The notes below the pieces were generated by a model that had not been told where the DNA came from, made no database searches, and was given only the letters and a program-made list of their open reading frames with translations. A DNA stretch of 64,000 nt from Sulfurospirillum sp. Lineage in GTDB: Bacteria > Campylobacterota > Campylobacteria > Campylobacterales > Sulfurospirillaceae. Shown here piece after piece: positions 20,743 to 32,008 of the stretch; the stretch's first letter is position 1; each line of letters begins with the position of its first letter. The position numbers and the translations under genes were made by a program. The stretch covers positions 32,666 through 96,665 of the forward strand of contig JASFYR010000013.1 in NCBI GenBank assembly GCA_045047115.1. The letters run 5' to 3'.

Positions 20743-21810
20743 ATGAAAAATATTTTTAAGCTGATATTGATTATTAGTGCAGTTTTACTGCTATCAGATA
20801 GTGCTTTTGCCAAAAAAGTTCACTGGAGACTTGCTATGAGTTGGCCAAGTACACTTTCACCGCTTGCAAATCCACCTCAAAAACTTGCAAAACTTGTAAA
20901 AAAGATGACAAATGGAAAATTTATCATCAAAGTTGAAGGCTCTGAAAAAACAAAGTCTGCTCTTGGCGTTTTTGATATGGTCAAAGGTGGAGCATATCAA
21001 ATGGGTCATACTGGCTCATACTACTATATAGGAAAAGATCCAAATACAGTATGGTTTACTACAGTTCCTTGGGGTATGACAAAAGCTGAACAAGATGCTT
21101 GGTACTATTATGGGAACGGCATGAAATATATGGAAAAAGTATATGGCAAGTATGGCATGTTGGCATTTCCTGGTGGAAACACAGGCGTCCAGATGGGCGG
21201 TTGGTTCAGAAAAGAGATCAAAACCGTCAATGACTTAAAAGGTCTTAAGATGAGAATTCCTGGTTTTGCCGGAAAAGTTATGGCTAAACTTGGCGTTAAT
21301 GTTGTAAATATCCCTGGTGGAGAGCTTTACACATCACTAGATCGTGGTACAATTGATGCGCTTGAGTGGGTTGGGCCTGGAATGGACATAAAAATGGGCT
21401 TCTATAAAGTTGCACCATACTACTATACAGGATGGCACGAGCCGGCAAGTGAGATGACATTTGTAATCAACAAAAAAGCATATAACAAACTTCCTGATAA
21501 CTATAAAGTTATACTAAAAACTGCTATGAAAGCAGTAAGTGCAGATATGTTTATGGAAAACTTTGCTGATAGTGCAACTGCTTGGGCAAAGATGAAAAAA
21601 GAGTATCCTAGTATAAAAGTTGAAACTTTTCCAAAACCGGTACTTAAGGCTATGAAAAAAGCAACTGACGAAATCATGGAATCATATGCAAAGAAAAATC
21701 CACTTTTTAATGAGATTTGGAATGACCAAAAAGCTTTTATGAAAAAAGCTAGAAAATGGTCTTATATGTCAAGATACTACTACTTACAAGCTTCAAAAGA
21801 AGTAGAATAA
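20743..21810 (+). CDS. dctP: TRAP transporter substrate-binding protein (TakP-like subgroup)
   Basis: Signal peptide; GNTGVQMGGWFRKEI, LKMRIPG and GWHEP. Confidence 0.92.
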   Translation: MKNIFKLILIISAVLLLSDSAFAKKVHWRLAMSWPSTLSPLANPPQKLAKLVKKMTNGKFIIKVEGSEKTKSALGVFDMVKGGAYQMGHTGSYYYIGKDPNTVWFTTVPWGMTKAEQDAWYYYGNGMKYMEKVYGKYGMLAFPGGNTGVQMGGWFRKEIKTVNDLKGLKMRIPGFAGKVMAKLGVNVVNIPGGELYTSLDRGTIDALEWVGPGMDIKMGFYKVAPYYYTGWHEPASEMTFVINKKAYNKLPDNYKVILKTAMKAVSADMFMENFADSATAWAKMKKEYPSIKVETFPKPVLKAMKKATDEIMESYAKKNPLFNEIWNDQKAFMKKARKWSYMSRYYYLQASKEVE

Positions 21811-21814
21811 AACT

Positions 21815-21839
21815 TTTGGCCGGTCAAAAGCCGGTCAAA
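21815..21839 (+). terminator. Stem-loop between dctP and dctQ (partial terminator or mRNA stabiliser)
   Basis: TTTGGCCGGT-CAAAA-GCCGGTCAAA inverted repeat with G-U pairs. Confidence 0.55.
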
Positions 21840-21860
21840 TCTTCTTAGAAAGAAAAACAG

Positions 21861-22400
21861 ATGCTAATAAAAATAGAACAAAAATTCAATAAATTCATGG
21901 ATTATATGGGAAATATTCTCATTGTAATACTACTGTTAATGATACTAAATGTCTTTTATGATGTCCTTATGAGATACCTCTTCCACGATAGCTCAATTGC
22001 TATGCAGGAGATGGAGTGGCACCTTTTCGCTATACTTATACTTTTTGGCACGTCATACTCACTAAAAGAAAATGCACATGTGAGGGTTGACTTCCTATAT
22101 GACAAATTTAGTGAAAAAACAAAGGCCACTGTAAATATAGTAGGAACCCTTATGTTTTTACTCCCTTTTACAGCTCTAATCATATATGGCTCTTATCCTT
22201 TTGTTATGGATTCATATAGTGTAAATGAGGTTTCAGGAGATCCGGGAGGTCTTAAATACCTTTGGCTTATAAAAGCTGCAATCCCTGTATCTTTTACAGT
22301 ATTATTCCTAGAAGGAATCAACTATATAATCAAAAATATAAATATATACAGAGGTATAGAAAAAACCAAAAAAATAGATCCTCAAGGAGCATTGTCTTGA
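21861..22400 (+). CDS. dctQ: TRAP transporter small permease
   Basis: Four TM helices; QEMEWHL and HVRVDFLY. Confidence 0.92.
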   Translation: MLIKIEQKFNKFMDYMGNILIVILLLMILNVFYDVLMRYLFHDSSIAMQEMEWHLFAILILFGTSYSLKENAHVRVDFLYDKFSEKTKATVNIVGTLMFLLPFTALIIYGSYPFVMDSYSVNEVSGDPGGLKYLWLIKAAIPVSFTVLFLEGINYIIKNINIYRGIEKTKKIDPQGALS

Positions 22401-23734
22401 TAGGTCTTATTATGTTTGCTGCAGCTCTCATACTGTTGGTAGTTGGCTATCCCGTAGCATTTACCTTTGGTGCAGTCTCTATGTTTTTTGGAGCACTTTC
22501 AGCCTTTTTTGAGGTTATTCCTGATGGTGGAACGATGACTGATTTTATGGATGAATTTTTACAAATGTTCTCTATGATGCCATTTCGTATATTTTCCATA
22601 ATGACAAATAAAATCCTTATGGCGGTGCCTCTTTTTATCTTTATGGGGATAGTTTTACAAAAATCAGAACTTGCCACAAGACTTCTAGAGTCCATGGGTG
22701 TGCTTTTTGGCAGAGTAAGAGGAGGACTTGCGGTCAGCACTGTTCTTATCGGTGCACTTTTGGCTGCTTCTACAGGTGTTGTCGGAGCCAGCGTAGTTGC
22801 TATGGGTGTGATTTCACTGCCTGTTATGCTAAAATACGGTTACTCTAAAAAACTAAGCACAGGAACAATTTGTGCGGCGGGAACGCTTGGTCAAATCATA
22901 CCTCCGTCTATCGTTTTAATCGTACTTGGGGATGTCTTTCAGCTCCCTGTCGGCGATCTTTTTAAATTTGCTTTTTTTCCTGGACTCACACTGGTTGCTG
23001 CTTATATAATATACATATTGATAATCGCTTTCTTAGATAAAGATGCAGCACCTGCAATTGAGCTCGATATGACAATAACAAAAAAACAGAACATCACAAA
23101 AGCTCTGATTGCAATCATACCTCCGCTGGTACTCATTATTTTGGTTTTAGGTTCTATATTTGCCGGGATTGCTACACCAACAGAATCCGCATCTGTTGGC
23201 TCGATAGGAGCGATACTGCTGGCTGCTGGCTACAAACAGTTAAATATAAAGATGATAAAAGAAGCTTCCATAGGAACTATCAAAATAACAGCTATGGTTT
23301 TTGCCATCTTGATTGGTGCAACTGCCTTTTCTATGGTCTTTGTGTATAGTGGCGCAGATGATATAACTGCAAACTTCATGACTCACCTTCCGGGTCAAAA
23401 GTGGGGTTTTTTGGCTCTGTCTATGCTTGCTGTTATGTTTTTGGGTTTTTTTATAGATTTTATAGAGATTTCATATATTGTTCTTCCTATCATACTGCCT
23501 ATCGCACATACCATAGGGTTAGATCCATTATGGTTCGCAATACTCATGGCACTAAATCTTCAAACATCGTTTCTCACACCTCCGTTTGGTTTTTCACTCT
23601 TTTATCTAAAGGGTGTAGCGCCTCCTAACATACAGACGACTGATATATATAAAGGTGTTATACCTTTTATTATAATTCAAGTATTAGTACTGTTGTCTGT
23701 GATAATTTTCCCACACTTTTATGGATTTAAATAA
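22397..23734 (+). CDS. dctM: TRAP transporter large permease
   Basis: GYPVAF, GTLGQIIPPS and SFLTPPFG; TTG start overlapping the dctQ stop after an AAGGAG SD. Confidence 0.93.
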   Translation: MIGLIMFAAALILLVVGYPVAFTFGAVSMFFGALSAFFEVIPDGGTMTDFMDEFLQMFSMMPFRIFSIMTNKILMAVPLFIFMGIVLQKSELATRLLESMGVLFGRVRGGLAVSTVLIGALLAASTGVVGASVVAMGVISLPVMLKYGYSKKLSTGTICAAGTLGQIIPPSIVLIVLGDVFQLPVGDLFKFAFFPGLTLVAAYIIYILIIAFLDKDAAPAIELDMTITKKQNITKALIAIIPPLVLIILVLGSIFAGIATPTESASVGSIGAILLAAGYKQLNIKMIKEASIGTIKITAMVFAILIGATAFSMVFVYSGADDITANFMTHLPGQKWGFLALSMLAVMFLGFFIDFIEISYIVLPIILPIAHTIGLDPLWFAILMALNLQTSFLTPPFGFSLFYLKGVAPPNIQTTDIYKGVIPFIIIQVLVLLSVIIFPHFYGFK

Positions 23735-25131
23735 TGAAAACAATAGCAATCATAGGCAAACCAAATGTAGGCAAAAGCTCTCTATTTAACAGAATAGCAA
23801 AGCAAAGAATTGCCATAACATCAGATTTTAGCGGTACTACAAGAGACGTCAAAACTCATGAAGTAGAAATATCAGGAAAACCATGTAAGATTTTAGATAC
23901 CGGAGGATTAGATGACAAAGATGAGCTCTTCAAAAGCATAAGAGTAAAATCACTTGAAGCAGGTGAGAAAGCTGACATAATCATCATAATGGTTGACGGA
24001 AAAATGCTTCCTAATGATGAAGATAAAAAGATATTTTATACCCTGCAAGCACAAAATAAACCTATCGCTTTAGTTATCAACAAGATAGATAATGACAAAG
24101 AGATGCAAAGAGCTTGGGAATTCAGTGAATTTGGAGCCCAAAATGTTTTTCCTATATCTGTTTCACATAACAGAGGAGTTACAAAACTTTTGGAATGGAC
24201 AGCCTCTCATCTTCCGCAAAATCAAACAGAGCTTATTATAGAAGAAGATGAGGATGATTTTGATTTGGATGACTTCTTGGAAAAAGAGCCTGATTTGAAA
24301 AATGAGGCTAAAGATGAAGTGGAAACAAATGAAATAAATGTTGCTATCATCGGAAGAGTGAATGTTGGCAAAAGCTCACTTTTAAACTCTCTTGTGGGAG
24401 AAAATCGGGCCGTAGTGAGCAAGGTAGCCGGTACAACCATAGACCCCGTTGATGAAAATATTGCTTATAAAGATAAAATCATAAACTTTGTTGACACAGC
24501 AGGTGTGCGAAGACGAAGCAAGATAGAAGGCATAGAAAAATACGCTCTTATGCGCACAAATGCAATGCTTGAAAATGCTGACATTGCTCTTCTAGTCTTG
24601 GATGCAAGTGAGCCGTTTAAAGAGCTTGATGAGAGGATTGCAAACCTCGCAGACAAAAATTCACTGGGTGTCATACTTGTTCTAAATAAATGGGATAAGA
24701 GACTAGAGAGTTACAAAGAGAGTATAGATGAAATACGCGACAGATTCAAATTTTTATCATTCGCCCCTATAATAACTGTCTCAGCACTCTCACAACAAAG
24801 AGTCCATAAGATAAAAGATTTGATTTTGAGTGTATATGAAAATTATAAAAGAAGAATACCGACTTCAAAACTGAACGAACTTATAAAAAAGGCAACCGTG
24901 AGACATCAACTGCCAGCTGATAAAACAAAGAGAATTAAAATATATTTTGCAACTCAGTATGATATAAAACCACCTAAAATAGCACTTGTAATGAACAGAC
25001 CAAAAGCTCTGCATTTTAGCTACAAAAGATACCTTTTAAACCAACTAAGAGAAGAATTTGAGCTAGAAGGAACACCTGTACTTCTATACCCTAGAGCTAA
25101 AGGTGAAAAAGATGAGAGCAATGAAGCCTAA
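23734..25131 (+). CDS. der: Ribosome biogenesis GTPase Der
   Basis: Two tandem G domains (GKPNVGKSS, GRVNVGKSS) and a KH-like C-terminus. Confidence 0.97.
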   Translation: MKTIAIIGKPNVGKSSLFNRIAKQRIAITSDFSGTTRDVKTHEVEISGKPCKILDTGGLDDKDELFKSIRVKSLEAGEKADIIIIMVDGKMLPNDEDKKIFYTLQAQNKPIALVINKIDNDKEMQRAWEFSEFGAQNVFPISVSHNRGVTKLLEWTASHLPQNQTELIIEEDEDDFDLDDFLEKEPDLKNEAKDEVETNEINVAIIGRVNVGKSSLLNSLVGENRAVVSKVAGTTIDPVDENIAYKDKIINFVDTAGVRRRSKIEGIEKYALMRTNAMLENADIALLVLDASEPFKELDERIANLADKNSLGVILVLNKWDKRLESYKESIDEIRDRFKFLSFAPIITVSALSQQRVHKIKDLILSVYENYKRRIPTSKLNELIKKATVRHQLPADKTKRIKIYFATQYDIKPPKIALVMNRPKALHFSYKRYLLNQLREEFELEGTPVLLYPRAKGEKDESNEA

Positions 25132-25630
25132 GAACATAGTTCTCATTGGCTTTATGGGCGTTGGGAAAGGAACAGTTGCAAGGGAGATAAGCAAACAAAG
25201 CACTCTCTTTTCTATCGATAGTGATGATCTTATCGAAAGTTTTGAAAATAAAAGAATAAAAAAGATTTTTAGTGACAGTGGTGAAGAGTACTTTAGAAGC
25301 CTGGAGGCAAAAACATCAAAATGGCTGGAAAAAAATGTCAAAAACTCTGTGATTTCAACAGGTGGTGGCTTTTATAAAGTAAAAAATCTAAAGAAGATAG
25401 GAACTGTCGTATATCTTCAATCTACTTTTGATGCTATATTTGAGAGAATTTTAAACCACCCTAATGCAAAGAAAAAATTAGCAAAAAGACCACTTTTGAA
25501 AGATCTGAAAAAGGCACAAACTCTTTTCTACCAAAGAGTTAAAGAGTATGAAAATTGTGCAGACATAACAATAAATGTAGAAAAAAAAGACCCCGGTAAG
25601 ATAGCAAAAGAGATATTAAATATGTTTTAG
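25121..25630 (+). CDS. aroK: Shikimate kinase
   Basis: LIGFMGVGK, GEEYFR, STGGG and RPLL. Confidence 0.93.
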   Translation: MKPKNIVLIGFMGVGKGTVAREISKQSTLFSIDSDDLIESFENKRIKKIFSDSGEEYFRSLEAKTSKWLEKNVKNSVISTGGGFYKVKNLKKIGTVVYLQSTFDAIFERILNHPNAKKKLAKRPLLKDLKKAQTLFYQRVKEYENCADITINVEKKDPGKIAKEILNMF

Positions 25631-25664
25631 ATATAATCTCTAAAAAATATTAGGGATAAAATAC

Positions 25665-26627
25665 ATGAGAGTTTTGACAGGACTTCAACCTTCAGGTGCC
25701 TTGCACATAGGAAACTACTTCGGTTCAATAAGGCAAATGAAAGAACTTCAAGAGAGTAGCGATCTTTTTATATTTATAGCAAATTATCACGCTTTAACAT
25801 CTCTAAAGGACTCTAGAGCACTAAAAGAAAACACTTTAGATGCCGCTATCAACTTTCTCTCTTTAGGAATAGACCCAAATAAAAGTACTTTCTGGCTTCA
25901 ATCTGATGTCAAAGAGGTACTTGAACTCTACTGGATATTATCTTCTTTCACCCCCATGGGCTTACTTGAGAGAGCTCACAGCTACAAAGACAAAGTAGCA
26001 AAAGGCATAACGGCAAATCATGCCCTTTTCTCTTATCCCGTGCTGATGGCTGCAGATATATTGCTCTATGATTCTCAAATAGTGCCGGTCGGGAAAGATC
26101 AAATCCAACATGTTGAAATAACAAGAGACATAGCTATAAAATTTAATAATGAATTTGGCGATATACTTACTGTGCCACAGTTTAAAGTTGATGAAGCAGT
26201 AGCCACTGTTCCTGGAATTGACGGAGCTAAGATGAGTAAGAGTTATGGAAATACGATAGATATATTTTGCACTCAAAAAGAGTTGAAAAAAACTACAGGC
26301 AAGATTGTAACAGACTCTACTCCCCTTGAGGAGCCTAAAGACTATGTCGCTTGTAATGTCTTTGCACTTGCTAAGTTATTTTTAGATGAGAATGGACAAG
26401 AAGAACTAAAAGAGAGATATATGAGAGGTGGTGAAGGATATGGTCACTTCAAGATGTATCTCAAAGAGTTGATTTGGAACTATTTTGAGCCGGCTAGAGA
26501 TAAGAGAGAGTACTATTTGAATCATAAAGATGAAGTAAGAGACATACTCCACAACGGAGCAAGAAAGGCAAGAAAGATAGCTGTTAAAAAAATGGAAGAT
26601 ATAAAAGAAAAAGTTGGGATACTATAA
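25665..26627 (+). CDS. trpS: Tryptophan--tRNA ligase
   Basis: HIGN, YPVLMAADIL, VPVGKDQ and KMSKS. Confidence 0.97.
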   Translation: MRVLTGLQPSGALHIGNYFGSIRQMKELQESSDLFIFIANYHALTSLKDSRALKENTLDAAINFLSLGIDPNKSTFWLQSDVKEVLELYWILSSFTPMGLLERAHSYKDKVAKGITANHALFSYPVLMAADILLYDSQIVPVGKDQIQHVEITRDIAIKFNNEFGDILTVPQFKVDEAVATVPGIDGAKMSKSYGNTIDIFCTQKELKKTTGKIVTDSTPLEEPKDYVACNVFALAKLFLDENGQEELKERYMRGGEGYGHFKMYLKELIWNYFEPARDKREYYLNHKDEVRDILHNGARKARKIAVKKMEDIKEKVGIL

Positions 26628-26630
26628 TAA

Positions 26631-27869
26631 ATGTTAGATATAAAATTGATACAAAATGATTTTGAAAATGTATGCGACAAACTGAGAAAAAAGAGTGTTA
26701 GTGAAGAGACAATCGAGAATCTAAAAGAGATTTCAATAAAACTAAAAACCAAAAAAGCTGAGCTGGAGCCACTGCAAGCCGAACAAAATGCAAGTAGCAA
26801 ACTCTTTGGTGTTTGGGCAAAAGAGGGAAAAGATATAGGAGAGTTAAAAGCAAAGCTCAGTCTCAACAAGAAAAAGATTACAACTCTGAACAAAGATGCA
26901 AAAGAGCTAGAAAACAGACTCTCAAATCTTGCTCTCACTGTTCCAAATCTTCCTGATGATATAGTACCAAATGGTAAAGATGAAAATGATAATGTCGAAA
27001 TCAAAAAAGTACTCACTCCTCCCAGTTTTGATTTTACACCAAAAGAGCATTGGGAAATAAGTGAAAACTGGATCGACTTTCAAAGAGGTGTTAAGCTCTC
27101 AAAAAGCAGATTTTCAGTCCTAAAAAATGAGGCGGCAAAATTAGAAAGAGCCTTAATAAACTATATGTTGGATTTTAACACAAAAAGAGGATTTAGCGAG
27201 GTTGGAGTTCCTTATATCGTAAATCGTGAAACTCTAATGGGAACAGGACAGTTACCCAAATTTGAAGATGATCTGTTTAAAATAGAAGGGGAAGAGCTGT
27301 TTTTGATCCCTACAGCTGAAGTACCTGTTACAAATCTTTTTAGAGATGAAATTATCCCCCAAGATGAACTTCCTCTAAAAATGACTTCATATACCGCTTG
27401 CTTTAGAAAAGAAGCAGGAAGTGCAGGTAGAGACACCAGGGGTATGATACGACAACATCAGTTTGACAAAGTGGAGCTTGTCTGTATCTGCAAACCTGAC
27501 CAAAGCGATAAAATCTTTGATGAGATGGTAGAGTGTGCAAGTGACCTTCTGGCTTCACTTGGGCTTGCTCACAGACACCTTATGTTGTGTGGTGGCGACT
27601 TGGGATTTGGTGCAGCCAAGACCATAGACCTAGAAGTTTGGTTTCCGGGACAAAACAGATACAGAGAGATAAGCTCTATCTCAAATACAAGAGATTTTCA
27701 AGCAAGGCGTGCAAAAATAAGATACAAAGATGGCAAAAAAAATAGACTTGTCCATACATTAAATGGCTCTTCATTGGCTGTAGGAAGAACTCTAATAGCC
27801 ATAATGGAAAACTATCAAAAAGCAGATGGAAGCATTGAAATACCAGAAGTTTTAAAAAGCTATATGTGA
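26631..27869 (+). CDS. serS: Serine--tRNA ligase
   Basis: [22 protein letters not shown] and TLNGS. Confidence 0.98.
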   Translation: MLDIKLIQNDFENVCDKLRKKSVSEETIENLKEISIKLKTKKAELEPLQAEQNASSKLFGVWAKEGKDIGELKAKLSLNKKKITTLNKDAKELENRLSNLALTVPNLPDDIVPNGKDENDNVEIKKVLTPPSFDFTPKEHWEISENWIDFQRGVKLSKSRFSVLKNEAAKLERALINYMLDFNTKRGFSEVGVPYIVNRETLMGTGQLPKFEDDLFKIEGEELFLIPTAEVPVTNLFRDEIIPQDELPLKMTSYTACFRKEAGSAGRDTRGMIRQHQFDKVELVCICKPDQSDKIFDEMVECASDLLASLGLAHRHLMLCGGDLGFGAAKTIDLEVWFPGQNRYREISSISNTRDFQARRAKIRYKDGKKNRLVHTLNGSSLAVGRTLIAIMENYQKADGSIEIPEVLKSYM

Positions 27870-27886
27870 AGCATAAAGGGAACTAA

Positions 27887-30220
27887 ATGGCAGAAGAAGA
27901 AGTAGTAATTCTTGAAGCAGAAGATGACATATCTCCACTTATAAATGCACAAACCGAAGAATCTACTACTAAACCTTCTAATGGTTCAAAAAATGGAGAC
28001 AATAATAAAAAACTTTTTACTATTGTAATCGGATCTCTTGTAGCGCTTTTGATTATTATCGCACTCATTGTCCTGGTGCTTGTCCTTAAAAACAAACAGC
28101 AACCAAAAGTAGAAAATATCAATACTCAAGAGATTGTAAAGAAGCTCACAAAAAAAGAAAATATTTATCAATTTTCAAAATCAAAAGTAGAAAATATGAT
28201 AAAAAAAGCAAATCTTTTATATGAAAAAGGGCAAAAACAAAAAGCTCTAAAAATCTATGAAGAAATAGCCACTTTTAATGAAGCACTCTCTTCATATAAT
28301 ATTGGTGTAGCCAAGATGAAAGAGAAAAATTACAAAGATGCAATAAAGGCATTTAAGAAGGCTATTTTAAATCGGGAACAAAAAACGATAAGCTCTATAA
28401 ATGCCGCAGTTTGTGCTCTTCATCTGGGCAATACTAAACTCTTTAACTACTATATTGATTTGGCTTATGCCTATGTTCCAGATGAAATAAACTCACCTTT
28501 GTATTCATATCAATTGAGTCTGATAAATTACTATAGAAATTTTTATTATGAAGCACTCTCATCTTTAAAACATCCAAGTGGTAAATTCTACAAAGATGAG
28601 CAACACTATATCTCCTCAAAAATTCTTGCTTACCTAGACCACAATAAAGAGGCAATTGATATGCTTTTAAATATAAATTCTGATATAACAAATCTTCCCC
28701 TGGGGCTCCTATATGCAAGAATAGGAGAGTATTTAATAGCAAAAAAACACTTACTAAAAGCACTAAACCAAACAAATGAGCCTATCAAAATAAAAATGGC
28801 ACTTGCGCTAGTCGAAAATAAACTGGGAAACTTAAAAAACAGTGCAAAGTTGTTAGGAGATGCACAGCATCTCAATGAAAAAAAGGCAGAAGCACAATAT
28901 CCCATAAAAGCAATACTTAAAGATTCTTTATTTGATATAAATTTGGCACAAAAAGACTTTACCGAAAAGCTTTTTTTTAATGAGGAAAATATATATAATT
29001 TATTGTTTTATTTTTCTCCTTATAAGATTTTTGACGCAAAACAAACCGTTGAATACATAAGAAAAGGGAGTCTAAATGTTTTTCTAAATGAATTAGGTCC
29101 TGCTCTGTCTTATTTAAAGGCCAGTTCATCACTTTCAAAGGTAAACATAAGCATTGCAAAAGGGATCAAAAAAGCATTGGCAAATCATACGCTTCAGGCA
29201 AATATCATCTTCAAGTCACTATTGCCATCATATCCTCAGCACTCTATATTAAACTATGATTTAGCCCTTACTTATGCACAAATAGGAAACTATAATAAAG
29301 CATATAAATATTTTGCTACAAGTTATCACTTGGATAATACAAATTATTTAGCAGGGGTTTATGCGATATTTACAGGAAAACTCATACATAAAGACATATC
29401 AAAACTAAGCGATGATGTTAAGGCGAGCATACATTTAGATAAGAATCTTGGTGATATCAATATCTATTCATCATTGATAAACTTAAGCGAAAACAACCAA
29501 TTTTCTCTTTCAAGATGGATAGAAAATGATAAATCTCAGAGTCCGTTAAACCTTATATTTGACATCATCATTTCACAAAAAATCTCTAATCAGACATTTT
29601 ACAGATCAATCACACAAAAGCTCAGAAATCAATTACCAGATGATTTGATGAGCAATATCTTATACTTCAACATGAATAATAGCCAAAAAAATATAAAAGA
29701 GTATGCAAAAGCTTTTCAAATTGAATTTAAAAACAAGAAGCTGGATTTGAGCAGTTTTTATTACGGTGCAAAAATAGCCAGAGTCCAATACACAAAACTT
29801 TTGCAAATATCCGGTCTGCTTTTCCACCAGCGCGATAAAATCAAAAAAAGACTTCCACTAGAGAGAGATGATGCAATGTCACTCACATACACTCTGGCAT
29901 ATCTTGATATATTTACCCATAATTTTGAAGAATCTTATGTTTTATATAATAAACTTATCGATGATTATAAACAAAAAGACAGCAAAACCATCTTTTTAGC
30001 TTCCGTAGCATCCATTGGGGCTAAACATACCGAAAATGCCATAGCGCTGTTAGAGCTATCAAAACTAATAGACCCAACAAATATGGAAAGCAGGTATGCA
30101 CTTGGTCTTTTGTATCAAGAAGTTAAAAATTTTAAAGGTGCTTCTATACAATATGCAAGGATCGGGAATAGTGATTTTAAATCCAAATTTTTTAGTTTTA
30201 AAATAGTCAATACTCAATAA
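27887..30220 (+). CDS. pflB: Flagellar motor-associated TPR protein PflB-like
   Basis: N-terminal TM helix and a long TPR array, 777 aa; follows serS as in Campylobacter. Confidence 0.7.
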   Translation: MAEEEVVILEAEDDISPLINAQTEESTTKPSNGSKNGDNNKKLFTIVIGSLVALLIIIALIVLVLVLKNKQQPKVENINTQEIVKKLTKKENIYQFSKSKVENMIKKANLLYEKGQKQKALKIYEEIATFNEALSSYNIGVAKMKEKNYKDAIKAFKKAILNREQKTISSINAAVCALHLGNTKLFNYYIDLAYAYVPDEINSPLYSYQLSLINYYRNFYYEALSSLKHPSGKFYKDEQHYISSKILAYLDHNKEAIDMLLNINSDITNLPLGLLYARIGEYLIAKKHLLKALNQTNEPIKIKMALALVENKLGNLKNSAKLLGDAQHLNEKKAEAQYPIKAILKDSLFDINLAQKDFTEKLFFNEENIYNLLFYFSPYKIFDAKQTVEYIRKGSLNVFLNELGPALSYLKASSSLSKVNISIAKGIKKALANHTLQANIIFKSLLPSYPQHSILNYDLALTYAQIGNYNKAYKYFATSYHLDNTNYLAGVYAIFTGKLIHKDISKLSDDVKASIHLDKNLGDINIYSSLINLSENNQFSLSRWIENDKSQSPLNLIFDIIISQKISNQTFYRSITQKLRNQLPDDLMSNILYFNMNNSQKNIKEYAKAFQIEFKNKKLDLSSFYYGAKIARVQYTKLLQISGLLFHQRDKIKKRLPLERDDAMSLTYTLAYLDIFTHNFEESYVLYNKLIDDYKQKDSKTIFLASVASIGAKHTENAIALLELSKLIDPTNMESRYALGLLYQEVKNFKGASIQYARIGNSDFKSKFFSFKIVNTQ

Positions 30221-30222
30221 AC

Positions 30223-30277
30223 AACCCTACACATGCAGGAGTGGTATAGATAGCCACCTCTACATGTGAAGAGATTT
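30223..30277. terminator. Imperfect palindrome between convergent pflB and leuA
   Basis: CACATG...GTGG-TATAGATAG-CCAC...CATGTG arms. Confidence 0.55.
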
Positions 30278-31823
30278 ATATCAGTTTGTTTTTAACATCT
30301 CTCAAGCCATCTCTCATAGATATATAGCTATTTAGTGCACCTATATATGCCCTTGCTGTTGCCAACATTGTATCAACACTAAGTCCATGACCCATGATAG
30401 CTGGTTTACTATCATCAAACACTACTTTTACAACCACGCGCGCTAGTGCGTCTTTCCCTTGTGTTACTGAATCAACCTTGTACTCTTTAAGTTTTCCTGC
30501 AGCACCACAAACTCTGTCTATAACTTTAAAGATAGCATCCATTGTTCCATTTCCGATAGCCGCATCAGTGATATCTTTTCCATCGTGTCTGATAGTTACT
30601 GCAGCACTTGGAAGACCTCCGGGATTACAATCAGAGAGCTGGAGTGTTATCAATTTATATGTTTCAGAGATTTTTATGATTTCAGAAGCGACAAGTGCTC
30701 TGATATCATCGTCAAATATCTCTTTTTTAGCATCAGCCAAAACTTTAAACCTCTCAAAAGCTTTTTGAATCTCCTCCTTTTTTAGATTAAATCCCAAATC
30801 TTTCAGCTTTTCACTAAATGCATGTCTTCCCGAATGCTTACCCATAACTAAAGAATTTTTATCAAGTCCTATATCTTTAGCATTCATAATCTCATAAGTT
30901 TGAGCATTTTTCAAAATACCGTCCTGATGGATGCCACTCTCGTGCGCAAAAGCATTTTTACCGACTATTGATTTGTTTGGCTGAGGCTCAATTCCTGTTA
31001 TGGTTGAGACAAGCCTGCTTGTCGGATAGATCTCTTTTATATTTATATTTGTGTTATAATCACTAAAAATATCTTTTCTCGTCTTAAGTATCATAGCTAT
31101 CTCTTCAAGCGCAGCGTTTCCTGCCCTCTCTCCCAAACCATTTATCGTACACTCTATCTGCCTAGCACCGTTTTGTATGCAAGCGATTGAACTGGCTGTT
31201 GCCAAACCCAAATCATTATGACAATGCACTGAAAGTATAGCTCGCTCACCTACACTCTCATATAGTGATTTTATGATACTTCCCATCTCACTTGGCATCC
31301 TATAACCAACGGTATCTGGTATATTTAGAGTATTTGCTCCAGCAGTTATAACTGCATCGAGTATCTCTTTTAAAAAACCTATATCACTTCTTCCTGCATC
31401 TTCACAGCTAAACTCCACATCTTCACAGAATGTTTTGGCATAGGTCACAGCATCCACTGCTTTTTGTATAACCTTTTGGGGTGTCATCTTAAGTTTATAC
31501 TCCATATGAATCGGACTTGTAGCTATAAAAGTATGAATCCTTTTTCTTTGAGCTTTTGCTATCGCTTCACCGGCAGCTTTAATATCTCCATCTAACGCTC
31601 TTGCCAAAGAGCAGACAGTAGAATCTTTAACTTCTTGTGCTATTCTAGAGATTGCATCAGCATCGCCAGGACTTGCAGCTGCAAAACCGGCTTCTATAAC
31701 ATCAACACCTAATTTTTCTAATTGTAAAGCTATCTGAATTTTTTCTTCTGTATTCATAGAAGCTCCTGGACTCTGCTCACCATCTCTTAGCGTTGTATCA
31801 AATATTATTATATTGTTGGACAT
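30276..31823 (-). CDS. leuA: 2-isopropylmalate synthase
   Basis: [35 protein letters not shown] and a C-terminal regulatory domain. Confidence 0.97.
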   Translation of the reverse strand: MSNNIIIFDTTLRDGEQSPGASMNTEEKIQIALQLEKLGVDVIEAGFAAASPGDADAISRIAQEVKDSTVCSLARALDGDIKAAGEAIAKAQRKRIHTFIATSPIHMEYKLKMTPQKVIQKAVDAVTYAKTFCEDVEFSCEDAGRSDIGFLKEILDAVITAGANTLNIPDTVGYRMPSEMGSIIKSLYESVGERAILSVHCHNDLGLATASSIACIQNGARQIECTINGLGERAGNAALEEIAMILKTRKDIFSDYNTNINIKEIYPTSRLVSTITGIEPQPNKSIVGKNAFAHESGIHQDGILKNAQTYEIMNAKDIGLDKNSLVMGKHSGRHAFSEKLKDLGFNLKKEEIQKAFERFKVLADAKKEIFDDDIRALVASEIIKISETYKLITLQLSDCNPGGLPSAAVTIRHDGKDITDAAIGNGTMDAIFKVIDRVCGAAGKLKEYKVDSVTQGKDALARVVVKVVFDDSKPAIMGHGLSVDTMLATARAYIGALNSYISMRDGLRDVKNKLI

Positions 31824-31879
31824 TTAATTTTCCTTGTTTTTTTATTTTTTATATCTATTTTGTTTTTGAAAAGTTTTAT

Positions 31880-31978
31880 TTATGAGAGAAAGAGTAGGTT
31901 TTGCAGGAGTGCGTTTTTGATTTCTATTTTTGGTAAAAATTTGATCGATTTAGCTATACCAATACTGATTCTATTCAT
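31880..31978 (-). CDS. leuL: Putative leu leader peptide (32 aa, not in ORF track)
   Basis: AAGGAG SD; MNRISIGIAKSIKFLPKIEIKNALLQNLLFLS; 5 of the last 9 codons are Leu (CTC CTG CTA CTC CTC); directly upstream of leuA. Confidence 0.75.
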   Translation of the reverse strand: MNRISIGIAKSIKFLPKIEIKNALLQNLLFLS

Positions 31979-32002
31979 TACGACTCCTTTAAGGTTTTCG
32001 AT

Positions 32003-32008
32003 ATTATA
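32003..32008 (-). promoter_or_regulatory. -10 promoter for the leu leader/leuA
   Basis: TATAAT on the minus strand, about 25 nt upstream of the leader ATG. Confidence 0.55.

Noticed and set aside
22262..22396. N-terminal extensions in the ORF track (dctM; likewise htrB, psd-like, pssA, pmm and the 8893 ORF)
   Set aside because: They overlap upstream genes; downstream starts fit the operon spacing and, where recognisable, family N-termini better.
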